Notes under the pieces: generated by a model
What the model was told of the DNA's origin: nothing
Databases searched by the model: none
The model's input: the letters and a program-made list of their open reading frames with translations, nothing else
Shown: positions 9,437 to 18,014 of the stretch, in pieces
Numbering within the stretch: the first letter of the stretch is position 1
How the letters are laid out: the number at the start of each line of letters is the position of its first letter
DNA from: a bacterium
GTDB lineage: Bacteria > Patescibacteriota > Patescibacteriia > JAACEG01 > JAGUWE01
DNA: 64,000 nt
Direction of reading: 5' to 3'
Assembly: GCA_043798995.1 (NCBI GenBank)
Contig: JAZDOD010000009.1
Span: 14,015-78,014, forward strand
Program-made: the position numbers and the translations under genes

Positions 9437-9907
9437 TTAAGTTCGGGTTAAATTTATTTTGTTAATTTTTTTTGTTTTGATTTGTGAAAATAAAATTAAT
9501 AATGCCCCAACGGTGATATAGACATCAGCTATGTTGAAAACAGAGAAAAACGGGACATCAATAAAATCAATCACATAGCCAAAATAAAGCCGATCTAATA
9601 AATTGCTGAAAGCTCCGGCTAAAATTAGGGTGAGCGTGAAAACTAAAAAAACATTTTTTTCGCGATAAGACTTTAAAAGAAAATAAACCGCAATCAAGAT
9701 TGCCGCGCCGATTAAAAAATACTGCCAAAAAAGAGGCAGTTTTAAACCCAAAGCTAAATTAGTATTTTTGCCGAATTTTAATTCCAAAAAGCCGGGCCAA
9801 ATTAAATAACCCCGTTTGGCGGGGTTAAATAAGAAAAAAAGTTTGGTTAGGCGATCAAGAGCAAATAAAGCAAGGATTAACAAATTAAGATAAATTATTT
9901 TTTTCAT
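9437..9907 (-). CDS. lspA: lipoprotein signal peptidase (signal peptidase II)
   Basis: 156 aa with four TM segments, an NTNLALG motif (resembles N.GAAF) and FNIADVYITVGA (the catalytic Asp region of LspA). Confidence 0.6.
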   Translation of the reverse strand: MKKIIYLNLLILALFALDRLTKLFFLFNPAKRGYLIWPGFLELKFGKNTNLALGLKLPLFWQYFLIGAAILIAVYFLLKSYREKNVFLVFTLTLILAGAFSNLLDRLYFGYVIDFIDVPFFSVFNIADVYITVGALLILFSQIKTKKINKINLTRT

Positions 9908-9915
9908 TTTTTTAT

Positions 9916-10299
9916 CTACATTTCACCTTTCAATTTTTTCTTGCAAGCGACGCAAGCTGAAGAAACCGGCCTGACAAGGAGGCGCTGGGCATCAATGGGT
10001 TTATGACAATATTTACAGATGCCATAAGTGCCGTTTTTAATCCTTTTAAGCGCTTCATTAATATCGCGCAGAGAATCCTCCAGATTTTTTTCCAAAGGCA
10101 AATTATCAGAAAAAGTTGCCACTTCAGCCACATTTTCATCTTCTTTGTCGCCGAATTCCGGGAAAACCGTGCTGTATTTATCTTTGGTATGTTTATCCGG
10201 CTTGGTAAATTGTTTCAATTCTTCCTCTATTGTCTTTTTTCTTTCTAAAAGTTTTTTCTCAATTTGTTTAGAAGTTTTTTTATCCATAGTCATTGTCAT
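9916..10299 (-). CDS. DksA/TraR-family C4 zinc-finger protein
   Basis: N-terminal coiled coil and a C-terminal CKYCHKPIDAQRL...ACVACKK four-Cys finger. Confidence 0.7.
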   Translation of the reverse strand: MTMTMDKKTSKQIEKKLLERKKTIEEELKQFTKPDKHTKDKYSTVFPEFGDKEDENVAEVATFSDNLPLEKNLEDSLRDINEALKRIKNGTYGICKYCHKPIDAQRLLVRPVSSACVACKKKLKGEM

Positions 10300-10375
10300 T
10301 GAAAATAAAAATTCGGACTATCCGAATAATTTGTATTCTAATTCTATTATAAACTTTAGAGCAACCTTTTGTCAA

Positions 10376-10437
10376 CCCCCACACCTAATAAGCGCATTTA
10401 AATTATTGACTTTTTCAGTGCTTATTAGGTGTGGGGG
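10376..10437. repeat. large hairpin with 20-bp near-perfect stem
   Basis: cccccacacctaataagcgc (10376-10395) pairs with gtgcttattaggtgtggggg (10418-10437) at 19/20, around a 22-nt loop. A gtcaaccccc direct repeat flanks both sides. Confidence 0.5.
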
Positions 10438-10980
10438 TCAACCCCCGTAGCAAATCCCAACGAGGATTTTTCTAAAGGTGGTCTATATAATTTTTCCAAC
10501 TAAAAGAGGCGCAACTAGCGCCCCTTAATATACAAAACAATGTTATTTATTGGGCTGTTGCGCCTCAGGCCATTGAAACCACTTGGACCCGCCGGTGGCA
10601 GGCAATCAAGACCTTATTTCAAAGACCGGATAGCGCAATTCCGACTTTATGCGCGTTCTTCTACCACCTAGTGGTAAGATCTCTATCCTAAGGATAAAAA
10701 TTTACCGTTTTTCACCTTTTGTAGGTGTTTTTTGTTTTTGTTTATGGTGGTTTAGGTCGGTTCTAAGCCAAATGAGGTAGTAAAAGAAACAGAAATTAAG
10801 CCAAAAATCGCTTTTTGCTTCATTTCTCTATGTAAAAGGGCTTTTTATCTATACTAATTTAATTATACCAGCTTTTAGCCCCTCTGTCAATTCAGTTATT
10901 AACAGGATTTAAAGCTAAAATTTATTCCCATGTCTTAAAATTAAAGGAAAGGATGTGGGAAAATAAGTGTTTATTAAAGG

Positions 10981-11001
10981 TTATCCACAGATTTATCCAC
11001 A
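10981..11001 (+). promoter_or_regulatory. two tandem perfect DnaA boxes (TTATCCACA x2)
   Basis: ttatccacag-at-ttatccaca matches the DnaA-box consensus TTATNCACA exactly, twice, 3 nt apart. Further boxes occur at 11830 (TTATCCACT, 1 mismatch) and 42886 (perfect). Confidence 0.4.
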
Positions 11002-11018
11002 GATTAAATCTCCTTTAA

Positions 11019-11086
11019 TCCCTCTTTTTCAAAGAGGGAACTTTTATTCCCTCCTTTTAAAAAGGAGGGTTAGGGTGGATTTTTGA
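11019..11086. repeat. palindromic hairpin cluster, copy R2
   Basis: tccctctttttcaaagaggga + ccctccttttaaaaaggaggg + ttagggtggattttt, immediately 3' of the minus-strand gene ending at 11103. Probably acts as its terminator. Confidence 0.5.
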
Positions 11087-11102
11087 AATTACTCATCCGA
11101 AA

Positions 11103-11762
11103 TTATTCAATAAATTTGAAAGTGGGGAGGATTTGGTCAATTTCTTCTTTAAAAGAATCGGGATATGTCATTTGATAACTTGTATTATTGACATTAACAA
11201 TAATAAAAGTTAATGGTTTATTATTTGGATATTCCTCCCTTATATTTTTACAATCACCTTCGGTGTATCCATATGGCAGATAATATTTCATTCCCTTTGT
11301 GTTACCGACATTAATACTTTGACTGAAATTATTACTAAGACATAATATGTGATCTAAGTAACTTTGCTCAACAGAGGATTGCTTATTTATACGCAAACCG
11401 TCCGATTGAGTTATTTTATAGATCCCTAATTCTTGGGTTTGTTGAATTTCGTATTTTTTATAGATTTTCGGATACCTAAACTCAAAGCCATAGTCCTCGT
11501 TGCGATAAGTTTGCCAAGTAGAAGTTTCATCTACTTCTTCAAGTTTTAATTGATTTATCTGTGTTTGCAAATCAGTAATTTGTTGGTTTAATTGCTGTAA
11601 TTCTTGCCGATTTTTGTTAATTTCGTTTTTAGCTTCTTCTAATAAAAAATTTTGCCACCAATAAACCCCACTACCAGTTATTAGAGCGGTAAAAATTATA
11701 GCAACAGCTATCAGCCAAATGTTTTTTGAATTTTGGGTTGGTTCGTTAATTTGTTGGTTCAT
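11103..11762 (-). CDS. hypothetical secreted/anchored protein with N-terminal TM and coiled coil
   Basis: 219 aa. N-terminal TM (IWLIAVAIIFTALITGSGVYWW), Q/L-rich coiled coil, then a globular C-terminus. No family recognised. Confidence 0.5.
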   Translation of the reverse strand: MNQQINEPTQNSKNIWLIAVAIIFTALITGSGVYWWQNFLLEEAKNEINKNRQELQQLNQQITDLQTQINQLKLEEVDETSTWQTYRNEDYGFEFRYPKIYKKYEIQQTQELGIYKITQSDGLRINKQSSVEQSYLDHILCLSNNFSQSINVGNTKGMKYYLPYGYTEGDCKNIREEYPNNKPLTFIIVNVNNTSYQMTYPDSFKEEIDQILPTFKFIE

Positions 11763-11842
11763 AATATTTTGTTAATTAAAAAAATTTATATTTTAATCCT
11801 ACCACACCCCCACCCCAAACCGCAAATTATTTATCCACTTTT

Positions 11843-11900
11843 AAAAATCTCCCCCAACCCCTCTTTAACAAAGAGGGGAGGACAAATAAATCCCTCTTAG
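11843..11900. repeat. palindromic hairpin cluster, copy R3
   Basis: aaaaatctccccc, cccctctttaacaaagagggg. An adjacent inverted repeat aatgacaaag...ttgtcatt lies at 11925-11965. Confidence 0.4.
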
Positions 11901-11985
11901 TCTTTCTTTACAACCGGAATGACAAAGATTTTTTTAATTTTAAATTGTCATTTTTATTTTTGATATTTGATTTTTGATTTTGTTA

Positions 11986-13746
11986 TTACACCTCAATCAC
12001 CACCGGCAAAATCATTGGCCGGCGCTGGGTTTTGGAGTATAAGAACTGGCCGATGGAATCGCGGAGCGTGCTTCTGATATAGGCCCAGTTAATCGGAGTT
12101 TCTTTAGTTTTCTGGGCAATAATTTGCTTGACCTTGCGTTTGGTCTGGGCCAAAAGCTCGCCCGATTCTTTCATATAAACAAAGCCGCGCGAAATTATAT
12201 CCGGATCTTGGATTATTTTGCCGGTTTTGCTGTCAATAATGACAATAATAGTAAACATACCGTCTTTGGACATCATCTGGCGATCGCGCAACACTACCTG
12301 CCCGACATCACCGATGCCCAAGCCGTCAACCATAATGTAATTGGTCGGGGCGCGCTTGTCGGTCAGCCGGATATTTTTGGCCGTTACTTCTACTATCTGG
12401 CCATTATCCGGAATGACAATGTTTTTTTCCGGCACGCCGACTGTCTGGGCTAATTCGGCATGGAGCTTTAACATATAATAATTGCCGTGGATAGGAATAA
12501 AAAAAGTAGGCCGGACTAAATTAATCATCATTTTTAAATCCTCAACCTGGGCATGGCCGCCGGCGTGGACATCCATCATCTGGTAATGAATAATTTTGGC
12601 GCCGTGGCGGCTTAAAGTATCTTTAACATGCTGGACGGTGCGTTCATTGCCCGGAATAACCGAGGAAGAAAAGATAACCGTATCGCCGGCTTTAATGCGG
12701 ATAAAGCGATGCTCTTTATTAACAATGCGCATCAAGACGGCCCGGTCTTCGCCCTGGGCGCCGGTGCAGAGCACTAAAATTTTATTGTCCGGCCAGTCGC
12801 GGAGTCGTTCAATATTAATAAAGGTGTCTTTTTTAACCTTAAGATAGCCCAAGTTGCGGGCGATTTCCACATTGGTTTTCATGCTATAACCGTCAACCAC
12901 GACTTTACGATGGTATTTTTCAGCCAGATAAATCAATTCCTGGAGGCGCGAAATTAAAGAAGAGAAAGTCGCGGCAATGATGCGGCCCTCGGCATTTTTG
13001 AAAATATCATCCAAAGTATCCTGAATGGTTTTCTCCGAAATTGAATAGCCGGGTGTATCAGCATCGGTTGAATCGGACATTAAAAGAAGCACGCCGCGGG
13101 CGCCAAGCTGGGCCAGATGAGCAATGTCAGCCGGTTCGTCGCCCACCGGGCTGTGGTCAAATTTAAAGTCGCCGGTATAAATAACGGTGCCGACCGGCGT
13201 ATGCAAAGCTATGCCCAAACTATCCGGAATATTGTGATTGAGGCGAAAAAATTCAGCTTCAAAGCAGCCAAGGCGCACACGATCTTTCTTTTTAACTATA
13301 TTAAGATTAAGATGAGTACCGTTGGGATAATCTTCCTGGCGTTTTTTAATAATAGCCGCCGTCAGCGCCGCGGTATAAATCGGCGGATTGCCGATTTTCG
13401 GCATAATATGGGGGATAGCGCCGATATGATCATAGTGGCCGTGGGTGATAATGACGCCGCGGATGTTTTTGGTTTTTTCCTGAAGATAGGCGGCGTTGGG
13501 AATAATATAATCAATGCCCGGCATATCTTCTTCCGGAAACTGCAAACCCATATCAATAACTATAATATCCGAGTCATACTCAAAAACGGTCATATTTCGA
13601 CCCACTTCCTCCAAACCGCCTAAAGGAATAATTTTTAAAGTATCCTCTGCCGGATGGCTTAAACCCCGATCGATCCTTTGGATTCTGCGAGGCGAACGGT
13701 AATAAGACCTGCGAGTTGTTGATTTTTTGTGTAAAGTTTCAATCAT
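11986..13746 (-). CDS. rnj: ribonuclease J (metallo-beta-lactamase / beta-CASP RNase)
   Basis: 586 aa. HGHYDHIG metallo-beta-lactamase motif, beta-CASP region and RNase J C-terminal domain. N-terminal R/S-rich extension. Confidence 0.85.
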   Translation of the reverse strand: MIETLHKKSTTRRSYYRSPRRIQRIDRGLSHPAEDTLKIIPLGGLEEVGRNMTVFEYDSDIIVIDMGLQFPEEDMPGIDYIIPNAAYLQEKTKNIRGVIITHGHYDHIGAIPHIMPKIGNPPIYTAALTAAIIKKRQEDYPNGTHLNLNIVKKKDRVRLGCFEAEFFRLNHNIPDSLGIALHTPVGTVIYTGDFKFDHSPVGDEPADIAHLAQLGARGVLLLMSDSTDADTPGYSISEKTIQDTLDDIFKNAEGRIIAATFSSLISRLQELIYLAEKYHRKVVVDGYSMKTNVEIARNLGYLKVKKDTFINIERLRDWPDNKILVLCTGAQGEDRAVLMRIVNKEHRFIRIKAGDTVIFSSSVIPGNERTVQHVKDTLSRHGAKIIHYQMMDVHAGGHAQVEDLKMMINLVRPTFFIPIHGNYYMLKLHAELAQTVGVPEKNIVIPDNGQIVEVTAKNIRLTDKRAPTNYIMVDGLGIGDVGQVVLRDRQMMSKDGMFTIIVIIDSKTGKIIQDPDIISRGFVYMKESGELLAQTKRKVKQIIAQKTKETPINWAYIRSTLRDSIGQFLYSKTQRRPMILPVVIEV

Positions 13747-13834
13747 AAAGTATTAAATTAATTTTTAATTTTTAAATAAATTTCAATTTTTAATGTCAAA
13801 TTAATAAATATTTGCCTTGCACTAAATTTATTTG

Positions 13835-13916
13835 TGCCGATGGTGGGAGTTGAACCCACAAGCCTTGCGGCATACGGCTCTGAACCGTACGTGTTTGCCA
13901 ATTTCACCACATCGGC
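13835..13916 (-). tRNA. tRNA-Leu (anticodon CAG), class II with long variable arm
   Basis: Folded by hand from the reverse complement. Acceptor GCCGATG/CATCGGC plus discriminator A. Anticodon loop UUCAGAG. Variable stem-loop GCC-GCAA-GGC. T arm GTGGG-TTCAACT-CCCAC. Confidence 0.8.
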
Positions 13917-14018
13917 GCGGGCCAGGTCTACCAGGCCTGCCCCGTACCTTTCCGCCAGCCGGCGGATCTGGTGCGGGGTTCCACCACTCGCCCAAAATTA
14001 AAAACAAGAAAAAAGTTG
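13917..14018 (-). other. GC-rich (~60%) structured spacer between the two tRNA-Leu genes, possible small ncRNA or processing element
   Basis: Three hairpins can be drawn: UGGUG-N8-CACCA, CCGCC-GGCU-GGCGG, and a GGCC-rich stem. The GC content stands out from background, as for structured RNAs in low-GC genomes. No family assigned. Confidence 0.2.
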
Positions 14019-14103
14019 TGCCGGGGACAGGATTTGAACCTGCACAGAGTTGCCCCCACTGCCACCTCAAGGCAGCGTGTCTACCAGATTCCACCACCCC
14101 GGC
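14019..14103 (-). tRNA. tRNA-Leu (anticodon GAG), class II with long variable arm
   Basis: Acceptor GCCGGGG/CCCCGGC plus A. Anticodon stem-loop CTGCC-TTGAGGT-GGCAG. Long variable arm. T arm GCAGG-TTCAAAT-CCTGT. Confidence 0.8.
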
Positions 14104-14222
14104 TAATGAAAATTAAAAATAAAATATCAAAAATCAAAAACACAAATTAAAAAATTTTTAATTTTGTTTTGTAATTTTGACTTTTGCCTTTTAAATTTTG
14201 GATTAAGCTTCAAATGTAAAAA

Positions 14223-14252
14223 TAAGGAGAGTTATTTAGAAGTCTCCCCTGA
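14223..14252 (-). terminator. rho-independent terminator downstream of rplS
   Basis: Minus strand reads GGGGAGAC...CTCTCC followed by UUAUUUUU. Confidence 0.4.
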
Positions 14253-14277
14253 TTTTATGTGATAGAAGAGAGTTTAA

Positions 14278-14625
14278 CTAAGAGATCTTTTCCTCTTTGA
14301 GTCGTTTAGGATTATCTCTTAAGAAGTAAAGTTTAGCACGTCTTGTTTTAAATTTTTTAACAAGTTCTATTTTAGTAATTGAAGGTAAATGCAAAGGGAA
14401 GATTTTTTCCACGCCCACGCCATAAGATTCCTTGCGGACAATCACGGTTTCCGAAAGGCCGCTGCCGCGGCGGGACAGAACCAGGCCCTCAAAGGCCTGA
14501 ATGCGCTCTTTTAATTCGCCTTTGGGGCTGAGTTCTTTAATTTTTTGATGGATTTTAACCAGCATGCCCGGCTGAATTTCAGTGGGTTTAATTATTTTTT
14601 TTTCCTTAGTTTTTACTTTAATCAT
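14278..14625 (-). CDS. rplS: 50S ribosomal protein L19
   Basis: 115 aa. [36 protein letters not shown] and RRAKLYFLR align with the L19 consensus along the whole length. Confidence 0.9.
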   Translation of the reverse strand: MIKVKTKEKKIIKPTEIQPGMLVKIHQKIKELSPKGELKERIQAFEGLVLSRRGSGLSETVIVRKESYGVGVEKIFPLHLPSITKIELVKKFKTRRAKLYFLRDNPKRLKEEKIS

Positions 14626-14702
14626 AAAATAAAGAATTACATTATTAACTATTATAGCGCATTATTGAGATTTTGTCAACGATTTGTATAATTAGAATAA
14701 AA

Positions 14703-14735
14703 AAAGCAGGTTTTTAGGCCTGCCGTTTTTGCTGT
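14703..14735 (-). terminator. rho-independent terminator (minus strand GCAGGCCUAAAAACCUGC + U7)
   Basis: Perfect stem followed by a U-tract on the minus strand. A near-identical copy lies at 14984-15012. Confidence 0.5.
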
Positions 14736-14742
14736 TTAATTC

Positions 14743-14910
14743 TCAGATTTTACTATTTTTTATTTCTCTCAATATTCTTTCTCCTCTTCTTTTTTCTTGT
14801 TCTTTAGATATACATTCATCCACATAAACTTTATGGAAAATAGCAGTTTGTAACTTATCACTCCAACAAACATCATATTCAATCCCATCTTCGTCAAATA
14901 ATTTAACCAT
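14743..14910 (-). CDS. small hypothetical protein (55 aa)
   Basis: MVKLFDEDGIEYDVCWSDKLQTAIFHKVYVDECISKEQEKRRGERILREIKNSKI. Preceded by a G9 homopolymer (plus-strand C9 at 14913-14921) and followed by a terminator. Below the ORF-track size cutoff. Confidence 0.3.
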   Translation of the reverse strand: MVKLFDEDGIEYDVCWSDKLQTAIFHKVYVDECISKEQEKRRGERILREIKNSKI

Positions 14911-14983
14911 CGCCCCCCCCCTTTTTTAAAAAAAATTACCATTTGCTTTTATTTTAAATCTTTGCAAAAAATTTTGCAAGAAA

Positions 14984-15012
14984 AAAGCAGGTTTTTGGGG
15001 CCTGCTTTGCTG
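14984..15012 (-). terminator. rho-independent terminator (second copy)
   Basis: Minus strand reads GCAGGCCCCAAAAACCUGC followed by UUUUUU. Confidence 0.45.
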
Positions 15013-15026
15013 ATTAAAAATTTTAC

Positions 15027-15221
15027 TTAAATTGCCATAACCTTTTTTATAAGGTCTTCCGCTGTCATTTTTCTCAACTCTCCTGTTGAAAAACTAAGGG
15101 TTTTATTGGGTGATGAACAAACCGAGCAACCATCTTGTGAATTTTCATCACGTATAAGATGTGCTTCTGATATCTCCAGGAGCGCTCCCTTTAAACGGAT
15201 TATCACTAAGTTAGATATCAT
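15027..15221 (-). CDS. small hypothetical protein (64 aa)
   Basis: Start chosen at the internal Met MISNLVIIRLKG..., which has a strong SD (GGAGGGG) 4 nt upstream. The upstream part of the track ORF overlaps the neighbouring gene out of frame. Confidence 0.35.
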   Translation of the reverse strand: MISNLVIIRLKGALLEISEAHLIRDENSQDGCSVCSSPNKTLSFSTGELRKMTAEDLIKKVMAI

Positions 15222-15237
15222 AGAACCCCTCCTTTTT

Positions 15238-15681
15238 TTAAAGGATATGCAAAGAATTTTTTGCTCGGATACGATTCCACTCCTCATTACCCATAATAAT
15301 AATGGGTAATCCCCAATATTTTTTTGCGTGTTTTGCAAAATATTCCCTTGCCTCCAACTCTGTGATTGTCCTCCCGTTCTCTGCCGATAGATACATATGA
15401 ACATGCAGATAAAACTCCGGGATAAGTACGCAAGGGCCGAGACCATGATTCTTGCCCCATTCTACCTCAAGCCAGTCAGGAATCGGTTTGCCATACCACC
15501 AAGGCACCACTTTTATTAATCCTCGCGCTGCACCCAGATTAATTCCTATGAAATATTCGCCACAATGGGGGCAGATGCTGTCTCGATGATAAACTTTTGG
15601 ACACAGATCAAAGTATCCATAACACTTTAAACACTGAACTCTTTTCACGCCGCCAAAATTACACTTATCTAAAGAACACAT
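15238..15681 (-). CDS. Cys-rich (double zinc-ribbon) hypothetical protein
   Basis: N-terminus C-x4-C...C-x2-C...C...C-x2-C (CSLDKCNFGGVKRVQCLKCYGYFDLCPKVYHRDSICPHCGEYF). C-terminal domain of unknown family. SD GGGAGGT. Codon usage is GC-shifted relative to its neighbours. Confidence 0.45.
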   Translation of the reverse strand: MCSLDKCNFGGVKRVQCLKCYGYFDLCPKVYHRDSICPHCGEYFIGINLGAARGLIKVVPWWYGKPIPDWLEVEWGKNHGLGPCVLIPEFYLHVHMYLSAENGRTITELEAREYFAKHAKKYWGLPIIIMGNEEWNRIRAKNSLHIL

Positions 15682-15694
15682 CCTTTACCTCCCT

Positions 15695-15907
15695 TTAAAT
15701 TTGATATCTTAGATCAAGATACTTGATTAAAGATTCTTCTGTCGGTTTTCCGTTGCCGATTTTATAAGCGCCTATATAAAGTTCCTCCAACTTGACACCG
15801 TGTCTTTTTGCCACGCAACAGCATAATTGATATGCGCGTTTAGAGATTTTAAATTTTATTAAGATGCCTTTCCATTCAAAAGAGACTTTAATTTTATTCT
15901 TACCCAT
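15695..15907 (-). CDS. small basic protein, possible ribbon-helix-helix DNA binder
   Basis: 70 aa. FKISKRAYQLCCCVAKRHGVKLEELYIGAYKIG fits a beta-alpha-alpha pattern. SD GGGAGGGT. The assignment is speculative. Confidence 0.35.
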   Translation of the reverse strand: MGKNKIKVSFEWKGILIKFKISKRAYQLCCCVAKRHGVKLEELYIGAYKIGNGKPTEESLIKYLDLRYQI

Positions 15908-16105
15908 TTACCCTCCCTTTCATTGTTTTTAAGTTTTGTCAAAGGGCCATTTTTTTATTCTTAGCAAAGTTTTAAACTTTTGTCAATCTAAAATATTTGC
16001 TTCTATTTCCCTTTTCTTTTATAATAATATATAATGTATATTAAGAAAAATAATAATTAAGAGTTTCTTAGGGACTCAAATTTTTGGTATTGTAAAATAT
16101 AATTT

Positions 16106-17959
16106 ATGCAGAATATAATCAAAAACTTTTTAATCATCTTTGTAACTTTTTTAGCCATATCTTTCGTTTTTAGTTTTTATTTTAATCCTCAAGAACAAAC
16201 CAAAGAAATCAGTTTAAGCGCTTTGGTTGAGCAGATTAATAATGAGCAGGTCAAACAAATAGAAATTTCGGGCAATAATTTAAATGTTACTTTAAACGAC
16301 AATACTAAAGAAAAAGCGGCTAAAGAACCGGAAGAGTCATTAAGTTCAACGCTGAAAAATTACGGCGTAGCGCCGGACAAACTTGTCAAACTTAACATTA
16401 TTAATAAAACCGAGTCGGGTTGGGAATTTTGGCTGGCTAATCTTTTGCCGATTGTTATTCCCTTTTTGCTGATCGCCGGTTTTATTTATTTTATGATGCG
16501 TCAGGCGCAGGGCGCTAACCGCCGGGCTTTGATGTTCGGCCAGTCGCAAGCCCGAGAAGTCAAGCCACAGGACAAAAAAACACAAACAACTTTTAAGGGC
16601 GTGGCTGGCGCTAAAGAAGCCAAAGAAGAGCTTTACGAAATTGTTGAGTTTTTAAAAGATCCGAAGAAATTTACTTCCATCGGCGCTAAAATTCCTAAAG
16701 GAGTTCTGCTTTTGGGGCCGCCCGGAGTTGGCAAGACACTTTTGGCGCGGGCTGTGGCCGGTGAAGCCAATGTGCCGTTTTTTCATATTTCCGGTTCGGA
16801 ATTTGTGGAAATGTTTGTTGGCGTTGGCGCGGCCCGGGCGCGCGATCTTTTCCAGCGGGCCAAAAAGAACGCGCCTTCAATTTTATTTATTGATGAAATT
16901 GATGCCGTCGGCCGTCGGCGAGGGGCAGGCTTGGGCGGTTCGCATGATGAACGGGAGCAAACCTTAAATCAGATTTTGGTTGAAATGGACGGCTTTGATC
17001 CGCATACCAATGTCATTGTCATTGCCGCCACTAACCGGCCGGATGTTTTGGATCCGGCGCTGCTTAGGCCCGGTCGTTTTGACCGCCGCATAGTTTTGGA
17101 CCTGCCGGACATTGCGGATCGCGAAGCAATTCTTAAAGTTCATGCCCAAAACAAACCCTTGGCGCCGGAAGTGAATCTTCGCCGGGTAGCTGAAAGAACG
17201 CCGGGTTTTTCCGGAGCCGATTTGGAAAATTTGTTAAATGAAGCCGCAATTTTAACAGCGCGGCGCAATAAAAAACAAATCAGCCAAGGCGAGATTTTTG
17301 AAAGTATTGAAAAAGTTCTCTTGGGTCCGGAGCGCAAAAGCCATATTTTATCCAAGCGCGAAAAAGAAATCATAGCAGTTCATGAAGCCGGGCATGCTTT
17401 GGTGGCGCATGAATTGCCTAACGCCGATCCGGTCCATAAAGTTTCGATTATTTCCCGTGGCCGGGCCGCTGGCTATACCTTAAAATTACCCTTAGAAGAC
17501 AAACATTTTCATACCAAAGCTGAATTTTTGGATGATTTGGCCGTGTTTTTAGCCGGCTATGCTGCGGAAAGAGAAATTTTTAAGGAAATTACTACCGGCG
17601 CAGCCAATGATTTAAAACAAGCCACGCAATTAGCCAAGAGATTAGTAACGGATTTTGGCATGAGCCAAAATATGCCGCCGCGGACTTTTGGCGAAAGGGA
17701 AGAATTGATTTTTTTGGGTCGGGAAATTACCGAACAGCGCGATTACAGCGAAAAAATCGCCGAACAAATTGATCAGGAAATCTCCCAGTTTATTAACATT
17801 GCCCTCACAACCGCCACCTCAGTTATCAAAAAGAAAAAAGGGAAACTGCTTGAAATTAAAAATTTATTAATGGAAAAAGAAACTCTTGAGCAGGAAGAAT
17901 TTGAATCTATCTTTAAAAAGAAAGAGAAGAAAGTTGAAGTTCAAATTAATATAAAATAA
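16106..17959 (+). CDS. ftsH: ATP-dependent zinc metalloprotease FtsH
   Basis: N-terminal TM pair. AAA core ([23 protein letters not shown], Walker B, SRH). HEAGHAL zinc-binding motif. C-terminal helical domain. Confidence 0.92.
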   Translation: MQNIIKNFLIIFVTFLAISFVFSFYFNPQEQTKEISLSALVEQINNEQVKQIEISGNNLNVTLNDNTKEKAAKEPEESLSSTLKNYGVAPDKLVKLNIINKTESGWEFWLANLLPIVIPFLLIAGFIYFMMRQAQGANRRALMFGQSQAREVKPQDKKTQTTFKGVAGAKEAKEELYEIVEFLKDPKKFTSIGAKIPKGVLLLGPPGVGKTLLARAVAGEANVPFFHISGSEFVEMFVGVGAARARDLFQRAKKNAPSILFIDEIDAVGRRRGAGLGGSHDEREQTLNQILVEMDGFDPHTNVIVIAATNRPDVLDPALLRPGRFDRRIVLDLPDIADREAILKVHAQNKPLAPEVNLRRVAERTPGFSGADLENLLNEAAILTARRNKKQISQGEIFESIEKVLLGPERKSHILSKREKEIIAVHEAGHALVAHELPNADPVHKVSIISRGRAAGYTLKLPLEDKHFHTKAEFLDDLAVFLAGYAAEREIFKEITTGAANDLKQATQLAKRLVTDFGMSQNMPPRTFGEREELIFLGREITEQRDYSEKIAEQIDQEISQFINIALTTATSVIKKKKGKLLEIKNLLMEKETLEQEEFESIFKKKEKKVEVQINIK

Positions 17960-18014
17960 ATTAAACTTAATTTTGTTTTCTAGAAAATTAGAAACAAAAT
18001 AAAGGAGGAAATTT

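Noticed and set aside
10330-10760. RNase P RNA in the long intergenic region
   Set aside because: GGUGAAA-like and AAAGUCGG-like fragments were found, but in the wrong 5'-3' order, and there is no P4 pairing. Not supported.
13917-14018. SRP (4.5S) RNA in the tRNA spacer
   Set aside because: The GGAA-like and GCAG elements are present, but the conserved domain-IV GNAR…GGAAGCAG arrangement could not be aligned. Kept only as an unassigned structured spacer.
13828-14116. Track ORFs 13828..14097(-) and 13832..14116(+), 89 and 94 aa
   Set aside because: They lie across the two tRNA-Leu genes and the GC-rich spacer, and the Pro/Gly/Arg-rich translation is a GC-composition artefact.
16000-16105. 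ftsH promoter candidates (TTGTCA…TATTTC; multiple TATAAT)
   Set aside because: Several overlapping AT-rich matches and none clearly superior. Left unannotated.
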